This document shows, in pieces, positions 8,387 through 17,773 of a stretch of DNA of 37,777 nt. Each line of letters begins with the position of its first letter. The first letter of the stretch is position 1. Position numbers and translations under genes: made by a program. The stretch spans positions 1-37,777 of the IMG/VR virus record IMGVR_UViG_3300024520_000027; one strand, written 5' to 3'. This DNA is from a virus. The notes beneath the pieces are model-generated. The model saw only the letters and a list, made by a program, of their open reading frames with translations, was not told where the DNA came from and did not search any database.

Positions 8387-9441
8387 TTCTTCTTATACCT
8401 ACGCTCTCTCTCGGCCCTATTTCTGGCGGCCTGCTCGTTTCCAACCCAAGGATCTATCATCACCTCGTTAAACCCATCTTCGATGTCATGAAGAGAATCT
8501 CCGCTCACGTTATAATCCCAGATGCCCTTATCATGGTCATACCGACCAAGGTCGATACCGCCGTCATCAGCGGGATCTCCCGGATCAGAACCATCGCCGC
8601 TGCCGGGGATCTGGCTCTCTAGAAATGCATTCCAAAGCTTGTCATTCGAATCTGTTCGCCCCTCGTGCCAATCCTGAGCGCCCTGCAAACGATTCTCCGT
8701 CATGCCCTGCAAACCAAGACCGCCAGCAACGCGCACGCGATCAAGCTCCTCGCCGCGAGCGCCCGCATCAAGATCGAAACCGCCCTTGGCTATACTCTGG
8801 CCCATCCTTCGACGCATGTCGCCTTCGACGGCACCCATGGCGCCCGAGGCACCCATGCCGAGGCGCCCCATACGAGCGCGCTGGTTTCCGAGCTGCTGAT
8901 TGTATTGCTCCTCCATGATCTCACGCAGAAGAGCCTTCTCCTCTTCGGTGTCTCGCGGACCGCCGAGCATTTCCGTGATTCTTTTTTCTAGCTCCGTCTG
9001 AAAGTCACCAGTCTCGCCACCACCGACATCGCCACCGCCACCGCCAGCGCGCTCGTCACGAATGGCGTCAATATAGCTGCGAGCAGCGTCGTTCATCTGC
9101 GGAGGGCCTCGACCGTCGCGAATAGCGTCAACATGGCTGCGAGCAGCGTCGTTCATTTGAGGCGGGCCTGTCACGTCCTGCATCACCGTCGCCTGCACGC
9201 CTTGCGGCTGCACAACTTGTCCGTCATCCTGGTGCTGTGTGTATGGATTCGGCGGAGGCTGCTGTGGAGGCATCTGCTGCTGTGGTGGAAGCTGTCCTGC
9301 CCCCGCTTGCGGAGGCTGCGCAGGATTGAGAGCCATAGGCTCGGGAGACGGTGCTCCACCGTATGCACCGAACTGTCGAGGGCGTTGAGGACTCGCGGGA
9401 GTTCTCGGTGCCTGGGAAAATGATCGTTTTGTGTATGGCAT
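8383..9441 (-). CDS. Pro/Gln/Gly-rich protein (352 aa) with an internal 20-aa tandem repeat, candidate internal virion protein.
   Basis: AAGGAGA lies 5 nt upstream of ATG 9441. Contains GPPQMNDAARS[HY][VI]DAIRD twice, plus a PQ-rich N-terminus. Confidence 0.75.
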   Translation of the reverse strand: MPYTKRSFSQAPRTPASPQRPRQFGAYGGAPSPEPMALNPAQPPQAGAGQLPPQQQMPPQQPPPNPYTQHQDDGQVVQPQGVQATVMQDVTGPPQMNDAARSHVDAIRDGRGPPQMNDAARSYIDAIRDERAGGGGGDVGGGETGDFQTELEKRITEMLGGPRDTEEEKALLREIMEEQYNQQLGNQRARMGRLGMGASGAMGAVEGDMRRRMGQSIAKGGFDLDAGARGEELDRVRVAGGLGLQGMTENRLQGAQDWHEGRTDSNDKLWNAFLESQIPGSGDGSDPGDPADDGGIDLGRYDHDKGIWDYNVSGDSLHDIEDGFNEVMIDPWVGNEQAARNRAERERRYKKK

Positions 9442-9450
9442 CGTTTCTCC

Positions 9451-10929
9451 TTATGTCCAAATCAAGACTACGTAAGCCTTCAAGATGTTGTCGCTGCCGC
9501 CTGTGGTCGGATTAAACTGAACGGTCCAATCCCTGGCCGAGTTGTCAGGGTCATCATAGTCTTGTGTCTGGTTGACGGTTTTCGCGCCACTCACCTTGAT
9601 GTCCGCGTCAGACGTAGTCAGCTCAACACTCTTGAGGGGAGTCCCGGCCTCGTTGTCGAGAACAAAGTCAACAACCGTGCCCACGGTATCCGAATAAAGA
9701 AAAGCATAGAGGCTGTCCAGCCGCTTTCCGCTAGCTGCAATCGCACTGTATTGATAATAGGCAGACCCGAAGTTGGCATTCAGCCAGTTTCTTCGGTCGA
9801 TAACTTCAATGCGCAACTGCTTATCGTTTGTCGTATCCGACAAATCCGCAGCCGTCACATACGCCGCGAAATCCGCAGCTACGGCTGTCGCGTCCGGGGT
9901 CACACCATCTTTGTACGTTGTCGGAGTCCACGATGGTTTTACGCCATTGGAGCCGAGATGCCTATCGTGGCGAATATAAACCACGAGATACCCGCCAAGA
10001 AGAGTTGCCGCTGTTCCTGCTGTGACGGTATAAACCATCTCCTCACTGTGCGGAACGGCGAGAATGGTTCTGTTTTGAGTTCTGCCGCAATGAGGCGTCG
10101 CTGTCGCTGTTGCCGTAAAAGTGTTGGTCTCTGACGTCACAGAAGACATAGACACAGTCCAGGGTGCCGTCGCGCTGCACAGGTAAGCGTCTACACCTAC
10201 GATGTCGTAAGGGTAGGGGCTCTCGATGCGCACCGTCCCTATTTCATCGTTATCAGTTTCGTCTATGTACTGCCGAAAGGGCACGACATAATGTGAGTAT
10301 GTCCACCGTGAATCGATGTCTCGGTCGAGGTCACCCTTCAACTTCTCGAGCGCGGTATTCAGCTCATGGGGAGAGAGCGTTGCTGCGGTCCTGAAGTCCC
10401 ATGCCTTCCATGGCAGACCCGTGCGAGGACGCGTCTTAACGCGAGCCGTCAACCAGAACTGAACCTTCGTATGCGTTCCGGCACTCGTCGACACAATGAG
10501 TCTGTAACGGATGCCCTTGAGAAGGAATATCTTTGTGCCTGTGGCCAACTCATAGGAAGTCCGCGCATCATGGGTTCCCGCTGCTGAGTGTGTAACCGAT
10601 GCGGTTACGGTCTCCTCTAGCATGTATTCATCGTCGGCGGTGCCGGCGTCATCAGTCACGATCTCAAGAGTGACGGTTGTCGTCGACGGCGTAGTGTCGC
10701 TAGTGCGAACCTGCGCGGCAACCGTACGCAGCTCCATGTCGTCTTCCGGAACAAACTCAACACTACGCAGGGCCTCGATGATGCCCGTGGTCGCGAGAGC
10801 CTCGACTTCCAGGCCGATCTGAAAATCCTTGGCGCGAGCCTGCGCAGCCGTGGTGAGGGCCGTGATATTCGATTCACACGCAGCGTCAAGGTTGGCGGCA
10901 GTAATAGTCTGCCCTGAGGAAATGGTCAT
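9451..10929 (-). CDS. Tail-associated structural protein (492 aa), beta-rich.
   Basis: Large T/S/V-rich ORF inside the coupled virion block (ATGA overlap with the upstream gene). Function inferred from position only. Confidence 0.6.
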   Translation of the reverse strand: MTISSGQTITAANLDAACESNITALTTAAQARAKDFQIGLEVEALATTGIIEALRSVEFVPEDDMELRTVAAQVRTSDTTPSTTTVTLEIVTDDAGTADDEYMLEETVTASVTHSAAGTHDARTSYELATGTKIFLLKGIRYRLIVSTSAGTHTKVQFWLTARVKTRPRTGLPWKAWDFRTAATLSPHELNTALEKLKGDLDRDIDSRWTYSHYVVPFRQYIDETDNDEIGTVRIESPYPYDIVGVDAYLCSATAPWTVSMSSVTSETNTFTATATATPHCGRTQNRTILAVPHSEEMVYTVTAGTAATLLGGYLVVYIRHDRHLGSNGVKPSWTPTTYKDGVTPDATAVAADFAAYVTAADLSDTTNDKQLRIEVIDRRNWLNANFGSAYYQYSAIAASGKRLDSLYAFLYSDTVGTVVDFVLDNEAGTPLKSVELTTSDADIKVSGAKTVNQTQDYDDPDNSARDWTVQFNPTTGGSDNILKAYVVLIWT

Positions 10930-12365
10930 GCTCGCCTCTTCCGACTCTGGCCGCCGAGGACAATGGACACGTCGACGGACATGCGCGTCAAGGGATTGAG
11001 CGCGCCCACCTCCACCTGTGCCTCGTCGGTTCTCACCGCGAAGTCAGCGGATGCGGATTGAATAGGTGCGGTACGAAAGAGGGTGGCACCGTTCCATGTG
11101 CTCGTACCCAAGACGACGCCAACTTGGGTCGGCGTCTTGGTGCTCACGACCCCGTTCACCGCTATCTTGGCTGTCGTTCCGTCAACCCCGAAATGCACCC
11201 GCCGAATGACGTTGGAGGATTCGGGAGACAGCTTGAAGGAGCCGAGCATGATGGCTGAAGGCTGAGTGCCGCCTGCCGTCGTCTGCGTGCCGTCGAAGTT
11301 TCCGCCATAGGCATAGACACCGTCCTGCGTCACGAGAAGCTCATCGCCTTCGGTGGTGCGCAGGGTGCCCTGGATATGGGCCTCTTCGCCGGCGTGGGTC
11401 ATTGTCCACCACGAGCCAAAGCCGGCAGAGAGGTCTGCCATCAGAAAGGCGGAGTCCGTGGTCAGGTTGATAATGGGTCCGTGCTCTCCGTCGTGCATCC
11501 GCGCATACGTGCGATAGTCCGCAGTCTCGATTGCATTCGCGGTGCCCGAGGAGATTCGTGGCTCAGAGATGTTGTTCTCCTCCGTGCCTTCGCGGTCAAT
11601 GACTCGGTACCCGCGCCGCGTGAGCCCGTACACGCGCCCGTGCGCGACCGCCGTCCGCCGAAAGTCGTGGGTCGGATATTCCGACATCTTCTGCCAGCCG
11701 CCTTGAACGATGGTTGTAGCTGCCGCGTCCCAAGGCCACGCCCACACTCCCGAGGTGCTGCACGTCACAAGGTTGCCCGAGCCGTCTTGGTGCAGTCCGT
11801 AGATGTTACCGGGACGAGGCACCGCGTTGGCGCCGATGAACGTGCGAGGGCTGCCGCCCGTTGAAGTGACCGCGTCCGAAACATAGACTGTAGCCCCGCT
11901 ACAAATCACAACACGGTCTTGACCCCAGGCCATGCACAGGCCTCGAGGGATATCGATGTGCGTGTTGCCGCTGTCGGACGCGACCTTCACAGCCTCTTTG
12001 ATGCCCCCGCCGACGACGCCCCAAAGCGTCGGAAAGTCGGGGCTGGAGATGATGATCTGCTCCAGCACCATCGCGTGAGAGACCGCACGAGGCCTGCGCT
12101 CAGAGGTCACGCTCAGAGACTGCACCTGCACGAAAGCATCATCGTAGATGTTGACGTTGACGTCGGTGTCGTCGCTGTTGGAGACATCCACGATGTAGTG
12201 CCACACCTCCTGCGTATTGACGTTGTCCACAGTAAAGCAACCAACGATCTCTCGGTTGGTTTCCGCAGCCTTGAGCAGCCTCAAGCCTGGGCGCACGGCA
12301 AGGTCACCGCCGGAAAGCATCCAGCAGTTTCTCTTGCTCAGCATCTTTACGGGTACGTCACTCAT
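10926..12365 (-). CDS. Tail-associated structural protein (479 aa), beta-rich.
   Basis: ORF with ATGA overlaps on both sides. Function inferred from position only. Confidence 0.6.
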   Translation of the reverse strand: MSDVPVKMLSKRNCWMLSGGDLAVRPGLRLLKAAETNREIVGCFTVDNVNTQEVWHYIVDVSNSDDTDVNVNIYDDAFVQVQSLSVTSERRPRAVSHAMVLEQIIISSPDFPTLWGVVGGGIKEAVKVASDSGNTHIDIPRGLCMAWGQDRVVICSGATVYVSDAVTSTGGSPRTFIGANAVPRPGNIYGLHQDGSGNLVTCSTSGVWAWPWDAAATTIVQGGWQKMSEYPTHDFRRTAVAHGRVYGLTRRGYRVIDREGTEENNISEPRISSGTANAIETADYRTYARMHDGEHGPIINLTTDSAFLMADLSAGFGSWWTMTHAGEEAHIQGTLRTTEGDELLVTQDGVYAYGGNFDGTQTTAGGTQPSAIMLGSFKLSPESSNVIRRVHFGVDGTTAKIAVNGVVSTKTPTQVGVVLGTSTWNGATLFRTAPIQSASADFAVRTDEAQVEVGALNPLTRMSVDVSIVLGGQSRKRRA

Positions 12366-13096
12366 ACGTTCAACGGCTCCGTTGTCCCGCCTGTGGCATC
12401 CACAATATAGAGATCAGTGGCATCCACTGTAGGCACTCCACCGGTAATGATATTCGCCACGATGACACCGCTCGAGCCGCCAGACGTGTCCACGCTGCCG
12501 GCGATAAGGTTTTGTGTTATTCGAGCGTAGAGACCTGTGACGATGTTTACGTCGCCATAAAGCAGGCAGCCGCTAACTACGACACCGAGAAGACCGCCGG
12601 CACTGATAGCTGTTCCTGGTGACGTTGTTACACTCGTAGTGTTCGTCACCCTCAGAACACCCGTGTCTTTGCTGTTCCCATCAATGACCTGGTCTGCAAG
12701 AAGCCTGCACTCGTCGAGGGTCACCTCACTGTAGTTTCCGGCGTACTGAAGAAATAGGGCGATATAGGTGCCATCCTGTGCCTCGGCCTTAATGTTGCGA
12801 AACGTCAACTGCTCCCTGTTTGTAGACGAGCCGATAGAAAACAGCGGGGTTATGCTGGCCGCGACTCGCAGCCTGGCGAAACCCTGTGCCTCTAGAATCA
12901 AAGGACTGGAAGTATCGACGCTGATGGTGGAGGTGATGAGAATATCCTGGGTGATAAGGATCCGCGCAGGACGCGGGCGCGCAATCACGCTAGCAACGGC
13001 TCGCCTTAGACTCGCCTCATCGTGAACCGGGATGTCATACTTTGTGCCGCCAAGAGACGGGAGCACAGACCGTGAACGGCCAAACCTGCCACGCAT
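12362..13096 (-). CDS. Possible parallel beta-helix (tailspike/fibre-like) protein.
   Basis: Repetitive short beta-strand pattern: ILITQDILITSTISVDT.., GVLRVTNTTSVTTSPGTAISAGGLLGVVVSGCLLYGDVNIVTG. Confidence 0.5.
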   Translation of the reverse strand: MRGRFGRSRSVLPSLGGTKYDIPVHDEASLRRAVASVIARPRPARILITQDILITSTISVDTSSPLILEAQGFARLRVAASITPLFSIGSSTNREQLTFRNIKAEAQDGTYIALFLQYAGNYSEVTLDECRLLADQVIDGNSKDTGVLRVTNTTSVTTSPGTAISAGGLLGVVVSGCLLYGDVNIVTGLYARITQNLIAGSVDTSGGSSGVIVANIITGGVPTVDATDLYIVDATGGTTEPLNV

Positions 13097-13099
13097 GTT

Positions 13100-13759
13100 T
13101 CACCTCAGTTTCTGGGTCACATACAGGAACTGCGAACGATGGTCATAACGCCACCGCAGCCATTCCGAGTACCAGCGTGCCTTCGAAGGAAACCGCAGGG
13201 AACGCGGAGTATCCACGCTCTCCATGACGCTCTCCTTCAACTCCCGCTCAAGATCGTTCAGGGCCTCGTTAATGGCCCCGTCCTTGACCAAAAGGAACTT
13301 GGCCGCCCTTGCGCATACCCAGTTATCGAAATCGTCCCAGGAGCCAAGCTCCGTCGCCCCATCGCCAATCAAAGGATGAGTTGTAGTGGTCGAGAGTGTA
13401 GGCTTGCGCATTACACTCAACTCAACCGTTCTCGCCGTGAGGTCTGGAGCCCCAAGGTCTTGGTTCTGGACACCGCTCAGCGCGTATCGCTGAGTGCCCA
13501 CCACAATCGCCACGTTATTCAACAGGAGCGGATTGTAGCTCGAGAGATCAACGCCGCCAGTGGAGGCGCTGGTAGTAGTGGACACGGTCTCGTTGAACCG
13601 ACGCCCACCTTTTCTTGCGTACTTCTCCAGACACGAGCTGATAGCAGACCGCAGAGCCCTGTCGATATCGCCTGCGTCGGTCGTTGTCCACCGTACGGCA
13701 TCGCCATCGTCAACATGGTCCTGGACTGTCGTCCGAGCTTGGGCCAGTGTTAGAGACAT
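13100..13759 (-). CDS. Candidate head-tail adaptor/connector protein.
   Basis: 219-aa ORF two genes downstream of the capsid gene. The N-terminal pattern LTLAQARTTVQDHVDD....W resembles head-completion proteins. Call is positional. Confidence 0.45.
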   Translation of the reverse strand: MSLTLAQARTTVQDHVDDGDAVRWTTTDAGDIDRALRSAISSCLEKYARKGGRRFNETVSTTTSASTGGVDLSSYNPLLLNNVAIVVGTQRYALSGVQNQDLGAPDLTARTVELSVMRKPTLSTTTTHPLIGDGATELGSWDDFDNWVCARAAKFLLVKDGAINEALNDLERELKESVMESVDTPRSLRFPSKARWYSEWLRWRYDHRSQFLYVTQKLR

Positions 13760-14136
13760 ACTCTAATCTTTCCGAGGTTCTTAAAGTCTTTCTTGAACTC
13801 AAGACGCGCTTCCTCGATAGCATCCAGAGTTTCTTTCTTTTTCTTCGCTTTGCGTAGCTCAAACTGTAGGAACCATCGTTTCTTTTCGTGCTGGCGAAGA
13901 CGCTGATTCATGATCTTCGTCAGATTCCAATCATGAGTCGGCTCTCCAAACGGAATGATCAACTCATCCAAAATGGAAAAGCCCGCCCTTGGCAGGGCGA
14001 ACTTAATCGGTTTCTTCCAGGCGACGTGAATCTCGCCCTTGTCGACTTCATACCAAGTGAGATCATCACGGTCCCATTCAACCGCAAGCTCCTCGATCTG
14101 CTCTTTCATCGATTCGGGCGAGATTCTACGACGCAT
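13750..14136 (-). CDS. Lys-rich hypothetical protein, visibly lower in GC than its neighbours.
   Basis: 128-aa ORF. GAGGTAGG SD-like sequence before ATG 14136. Basic tail RKAKKKKETLDAIEEARLEFKKDFK. Confidence 0.65.
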   Translation of the reverse strand: MRRRISPESMKEQIEELAVEWDRDDLTWYEVDKGEIHVAWKKPIKFALPRAGFSILDELIIPFGEPTHDWNLTKIMNQRLRQHEKKRWFLQFELRKAKKKKETLDAIEEARLEFKKDFKNLGKIRVCL

Positions 14137-14145
14137 ACCTACCTC

Positions 14146-15342
14146 TTATCCGGTGATGCCAGACATACGACCGGTGCCGGAGCGTCGCTCAACCCGAAGG
14201 TTGTACGATCCCCAGAACTGACAGTCCCAAACGAGACGATCCGCACTGACCTGAACGCTTGCCTTGGAATAGCCACCCTTTTTCGCGCCATCAGTATCGG
14301 CCGCGAACTCACGGAAGCAGTGGAGCTTGACGTCTTCCTTCTGGTGAAGGTAGATGTCGCCGTCGCCAATGTTCTCATCAGTGACGATCGGACGACCGTC
14401 AAAGGTGAGCTTCATGCCGTACTCATCCATCTTACCCGAAGTGTACCGAATCTCAGCGACGTGATCTTCGTAGATCCGCTGCTCGTTGAGAGCGTTACAC
14501 AGCAAGTGAGAGAACTTCTTCCCACGCTTGCGAGTGATCATCGTCGACACGTTCTTGATGACCGCATTCGAAACAGCGCCACCAACAGCCTTCAACTGGC
14601 CACGCCAATCGTAGGTTGCCTGAGACTGACCGTAGAGCGAAGCAGCAGCAGTGACGTCCGCCATCGAAGTCATTGCCTGATCTTTCGACCCCTCGTGACC
14701 GAGATAGAACACGTCCGTGGTTGCCCACGCGCCGGTAGCACCAGCGACAGCAGCTACGGTAGTGATGGTGCTGTTGGCACCATCATATCCGAGAGCCACA
14801 TCCTTGACACGGAACGTCTCTTTGAAGGTTCCGCCCGCGTTGTAGCGAGACACAGACATCCCGTTACGAAAGCCCGAGGGATCTGTAACCTGGAACGAAG
14901 TGTCACTATCGGCAGTCGGAATGCCCGTTGTATGGGGCGAACCGATGGAGCTGTCGAAGATGAGCCGGCCGAGGGTGCGACCAAGGTCACGCCCAACGCT
15001 TTCCATCTGCTCAAACACCAAATCGATGCCGTCCTCTTTCGAGGATGCGAGTTCCGCAGCCTGGCGCGGAATGTACATGCGAGCGAAGATAGCCTTCGGC
15101 TGGTACGTGAGCTGAGTCATGTCAACTTCATCACCGGCCGGCAGCGAGCCCGCATCTGCGATTGCAGCCGTCGACGCGAAGCCGCCCGACTTGATATTCA
15201 CGACACCGAGCTTATCGGCCTTCGTGATCTTTGTGAGTGCGCCCGAACTGACGAACTCCGACTCGAGCTGAGTTTGCGGAACCAACACACTGTTGGTGTA
15301 CCGCCCGACGAGGCTCGCCACGTCGCTTACTGTGATAGACAT
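14146..15342 (-). CDS. Major capsid protein.
   Basis: 398-aa ORF directly after an acidic scaffold-like gene. AGGAAAAG SD-like sequence. Size and composition fit an HK97-fold capsid protein. Confidence 0.7.
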   Translation of the reverse strand: MSITVSDVASLVGRYTNSVLVPQTQLESEFVSSGALTKITKADKLGVVNIKSGGFASTAAIADAGSLPAGDEVDMTQLTYQPKAIFARMYIPRQAAELASSKEDGIDLVFEQMESVGRDLGRTLGRLIFDSSIGSPHTTGIPTADSDTSFQVTDPSGFRNGMSVSRYNAGGTFKETFRVKDVALGYDGANSTITTVAAVAGATGAWATTDVFYLGHEGSKDQAMTSMADVTAAASLYGQSQATYDWRGQLKAVGGAVSNAVIKNVSTMITRKRGKKFSHLLCNALNEQRIYEDHVAEIRYTSGKMDEYGMKLTFDGRPIVTDENIGDGDIYLHQKEDVKLHCFREFAADTDGAKKGGYSKASVQVSADRLVWDCQFWGSYNLRVERRSGTGRMSGITG

Positions 15343-15363
15343 CTTCTTTTCCTAGGGACCTTC

Positions 15364-16311
15364 TCAGTCCATTGACTCAAGGAACGCCGATGCATGGCCG
15401 ATGGGATCGTCCTTAAACGATGCAGGCACGTAGGCGCTGCTCTTCCCTGGTTTGACCGTCGACGGTGCTCCTCGATTGAGTTCTTTTTGTTTCTGAGAAG
15501 CGTCTAGGGCGGACTTTGTTTGATCGAAGCTACGCTGAGCCACAAGCATCTTCGCAACCGTTTCAATGGTTGGCAGAGGATTGCCTGGCTCGGTAGCCAT
15601 TACACGCACCATGTATTCACGACCAAGCTCCGCTTCCGGAACTCCGTGCTCACTTGACATCTGGCGCACATCGGCACCAACCTTGTCTCGGAGCTGTCGC
15701 TTTTGCGTCTCCACCTTCCATGCTTGCTCTCGCGCTGTCTCGTCGGTGCGGGCTTTCTCTTGCTCGGAAAGCCGCTGCTCCAACTGCGCGATACGCATTT
15801 CTCGTGGATCGATATCGTAGTCACCTTCTTCCAAACGCTTGGATACGTCCGCGAGCTGCTGTTCCGCAGCTTGAGCGCGCTCGTACCAAATGTTTGTTTC
15901 AGACTTCCACTCTTGTTCTTGACGCGTGAAGTGTTCGACCTTTGCTTTCAGGGAATCAGCTTGCTGACGTGCTTCGTCGCGCTGCCCCTTAAGCTTCTGG
16001 TGTCCGCTTTTCTTTTTCTTCTCAGGTTGAGGTTCAGCTTCGGAGTCCGCTTTCACTTCCTCTTCTTCTGTGGCCTCGGCTTCTGGTTCTTCTTCCCCTT
16101 GCTCTTCGGCTGGGGCTGCTTCGATATTCTCCTCTGCCTCATCGGCGGGAGCTTCGATATCTGCTGTCTCGGGCTCTGGTTGAGCCTCGACAGCTTCGGC
16201 GTCTCCACCGACATTGATCTCATTCAAAAAGTTAGCGGCCTCGGCGAGTGGCACCTTGAATCCGTCGGGACTCGGTGCCTCTACTGCTCCTGGCTTGGCT
16301 TCAATAGTCAC
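15364..16311 (-). CDS. Scaffolding protein.
   Basis: Very acidic N-terminus (EAEATEEEEVKADSEAEPQPE) followed by a long coiled-coil-like region. Lies immediately upstream of the capsid gene. GTG start. Confidence 0.55.
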   Translation of the reverse strand: MTIEAKPGAVEAPSPDGFKVPLAEAANFLNEINVGGDAEAVEAQPEPETADIEAPADEAEENIEAAPAEEQGEEEPEAEATEEEEVKADSEAEPQPEKKKKSGHQKLKGQRDEARQQADSLKAKVEHFTRQEQEWKSETNIWYERAQAAEQQLADVSKRLEEGDYDIDPREMRIAQLEQRLSEQEKARTDETAREQAWKVETQKRQLRDKVGADVRQMSSEHGVPEAELGREYMVRVMATEPGNPLPTIETVAKMLVAQRSFDQTKSALDASQKQKELNRGAPSTVKPGKSSAYVPASFKDDPIGHASAFLESMD

Positions 16312-16321
16312 AAATCACCCC

Positions 16322-16852
16322 TTAGAAAGTCTTGGACTTCACAAGCTGAATGCCGAAAGTCAGCGAACTGAAAGTCAGCGCCGTTGATGCGGCGTTGTGG
16401 TTCAAGGTAACCGTCTCGCCAACCGCCAGGTTCTCGACATACGTTTCATGGGTGAACCCGTGAACGTCGTTGGTCGCGATATCGACAGTCAAGCTACCAA
16501 CAAGAGCCGGAGATTCAGTCTTCGAAGACCGCAACCACTCAAACGTCCCGCCAATTTCACCAGCGGCGGAGGTCACTGCCGCACAGTAGAACAACCGATA
16601 GTCGCCGGCCTTCTCGATCGTGGCAATACCGGTGAGCAGATCAAAACTGACGTTCGATGCGTACTGTTGGGTCATATCCGTGCCAGTGGTCTGCGTGTTG
16701 CCCATGACAACATTGGAGCCCGTACCGGTTACGATTGCGCCCGCGCCACTGATGCAAAGGATTGCGATCTCGGAGTAGGTTTCTACTCCGTTAACCTTGT
16801 CATCGTATCTATTGAGGTTTCGCACCCCACTACAACTGTTTCCTGCTGCCAT
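16322..16852 (-). CDS. Beta-sandwich protein (C1q/BclA-C-terminal-like by eye), possibly a decoration or fibre protein.
   Basis: 176-aa ORF with ATIEKAGDYRLFYCAAVTSAAGEIGGTFEW. AGGAAGAAG SD-like sequence before the ATG. Confidence 0.4.
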   Translation of the reverse strand: MAAGNSCSGVRNLNRYDDKVNGVETYSEIAILCISGAGAIVTGTGSNVVMGNTQTTGTDMTQQYASNVSFDLLTGIATIEKAGDYRLFYCAAVTSAAGEIGGTFEWLRSSKTESPALVGSLTVDIATNDVHGFTHETYVENLAVGETVTLNHNAASTALTFSSLTFGIQLVKSKTF

Positions 16853-16930
16853 TTTCTTCTTCCTTTCACCTGCGCCGCAGGTTTCCTGTGTGGCCGACTC
16901 GAAACCCGAGATCGGCCAGGTTGAGACTCA

Positions 16931-17269
16931 TCACTTTTTTGCGATGGCCCTCTCCGCGAAGAATGCCTTGGCCGCAGCCGTCTCAGTCTTCGTGAGTTTG
17001 CGTCCGAGCTGATCAGCCAAGAGCTTCAAAGCGATCCGAGCCTTATCGTCAGCCTCAGTCTTCGTCTCTTCGGAGATTTTCTCTGTCGCGTTATAGACGA
17101 AAATGAGAGCCCCTTTGAGCGCCGTGATGTGCTCAGCCCTCAGCTTCGCGTTTAGGAACGCCGCGCCCTTCGTGGCGAGCCAAGAACCGAGGACGGTGAA
17201 GACCAGCGTGAGAGCGGCCAGAATCATGGGCAGCGCGTTGGCTGCTGCTACAGAAATCGTTTCGAGCAT
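16931..17269 (-). CDS. Holin-like protein (LL-H holin family-like).
   Basis: One N-terminal transmembrane helix (ALPMILAALTLVFTVLGSWLA) and a charged helical tail. Adjacent to the endolysin gene. GGAG SD upstream. Confidence 0.5.
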   Translation of the reverse strand: MLETISVAAANALPMILAALTLVFTVLGSWLATKGAAFLNAKLRAEHITALKGALIFVYNATEKISEETKTEADDKARIALKLLADQLGRKLTKTETAAAKAFFAERAIAKK

Positions 17270-17287
17270 GCTTTTCTCCAGTGTCGC

Positions 17288-17773
17288 CTAGGTTATGAGG
17301 CGGGGCTTGATGTCTACTCTCGCGTACCCAGTAATGCTTCTATCGGCTCTCCAGCGCCCTACGCTGGAAACCTTGTTGCCCCAGTTCCCGTCGTATGAGC
17401 GCACACGAGTGGGGCCTACAGAATGAACGATACCCATATGCCGTCCGGGGCCCATATCGCTATCGCCGCGCTGATCTAGAAACAGGATGTCGTTGGGCTT
17501 CGGAGGCTTTGAACGCATATCGTGAGCAGGGAACCACAGGTTCCGCTTCTTCATAATCAGCTCGAAAGCATCCACTTTCCGCATCTGATAGTATTGGCCG
17601 GTTTCCTCATGAAGAGGAAAGCCGGCCTTCTCGAAACACCAGAGGACAAACCCGGCACACCAAGGCAGCTCATCCCCACGCATGTACCTCTCCGCAGGTA
17701 CACCGTCGTTCTTGCCTGTGGCTTCTGCGACCATGGCCGAATGCTCACCGCTGGCTACCTCTGCGGGCGTCAC
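17288..17773 (-). CDS. Endolysin, CHAP/NlpC-P60-type peptidoglycan hydrolase.
   Basis: Nucleophile motif PWCAGFVLWCFEKAG, His motif GRHMGIVHSV, and a distal YDGNWGNKVS motif, as in phage NlpC/P60-like hydrolases. Confidence 0.75.
   Translation of the reverse strand: MTPAEVASGEHSAMVAEATGKNDGVPAERYMRGDELPWCAGFVLWCFEKAGFPLHEETGQYYQMRKVDAFELIMKKRNLWFPAHDMRSKPPKPNDILFLDQRGDSDMGPGRHMGIVHSVGPTRVRSYDGNWGNKVSSVGRWRADRSITGYARVDIKPRLIT

Noticed and set aside
13888-15375. 495-aa plus-strand ORF antisense to the capsid gene. A similar case is 21223..22674 (483 aa), antisense to the portal and glycine-zipper genes.
   Set aside because: These are long antisense open frames, as expected in GC-rich coding DNA. 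They are rich in R/L/S/V/D, have no start context, and fully overlap genes with clear structural roles.
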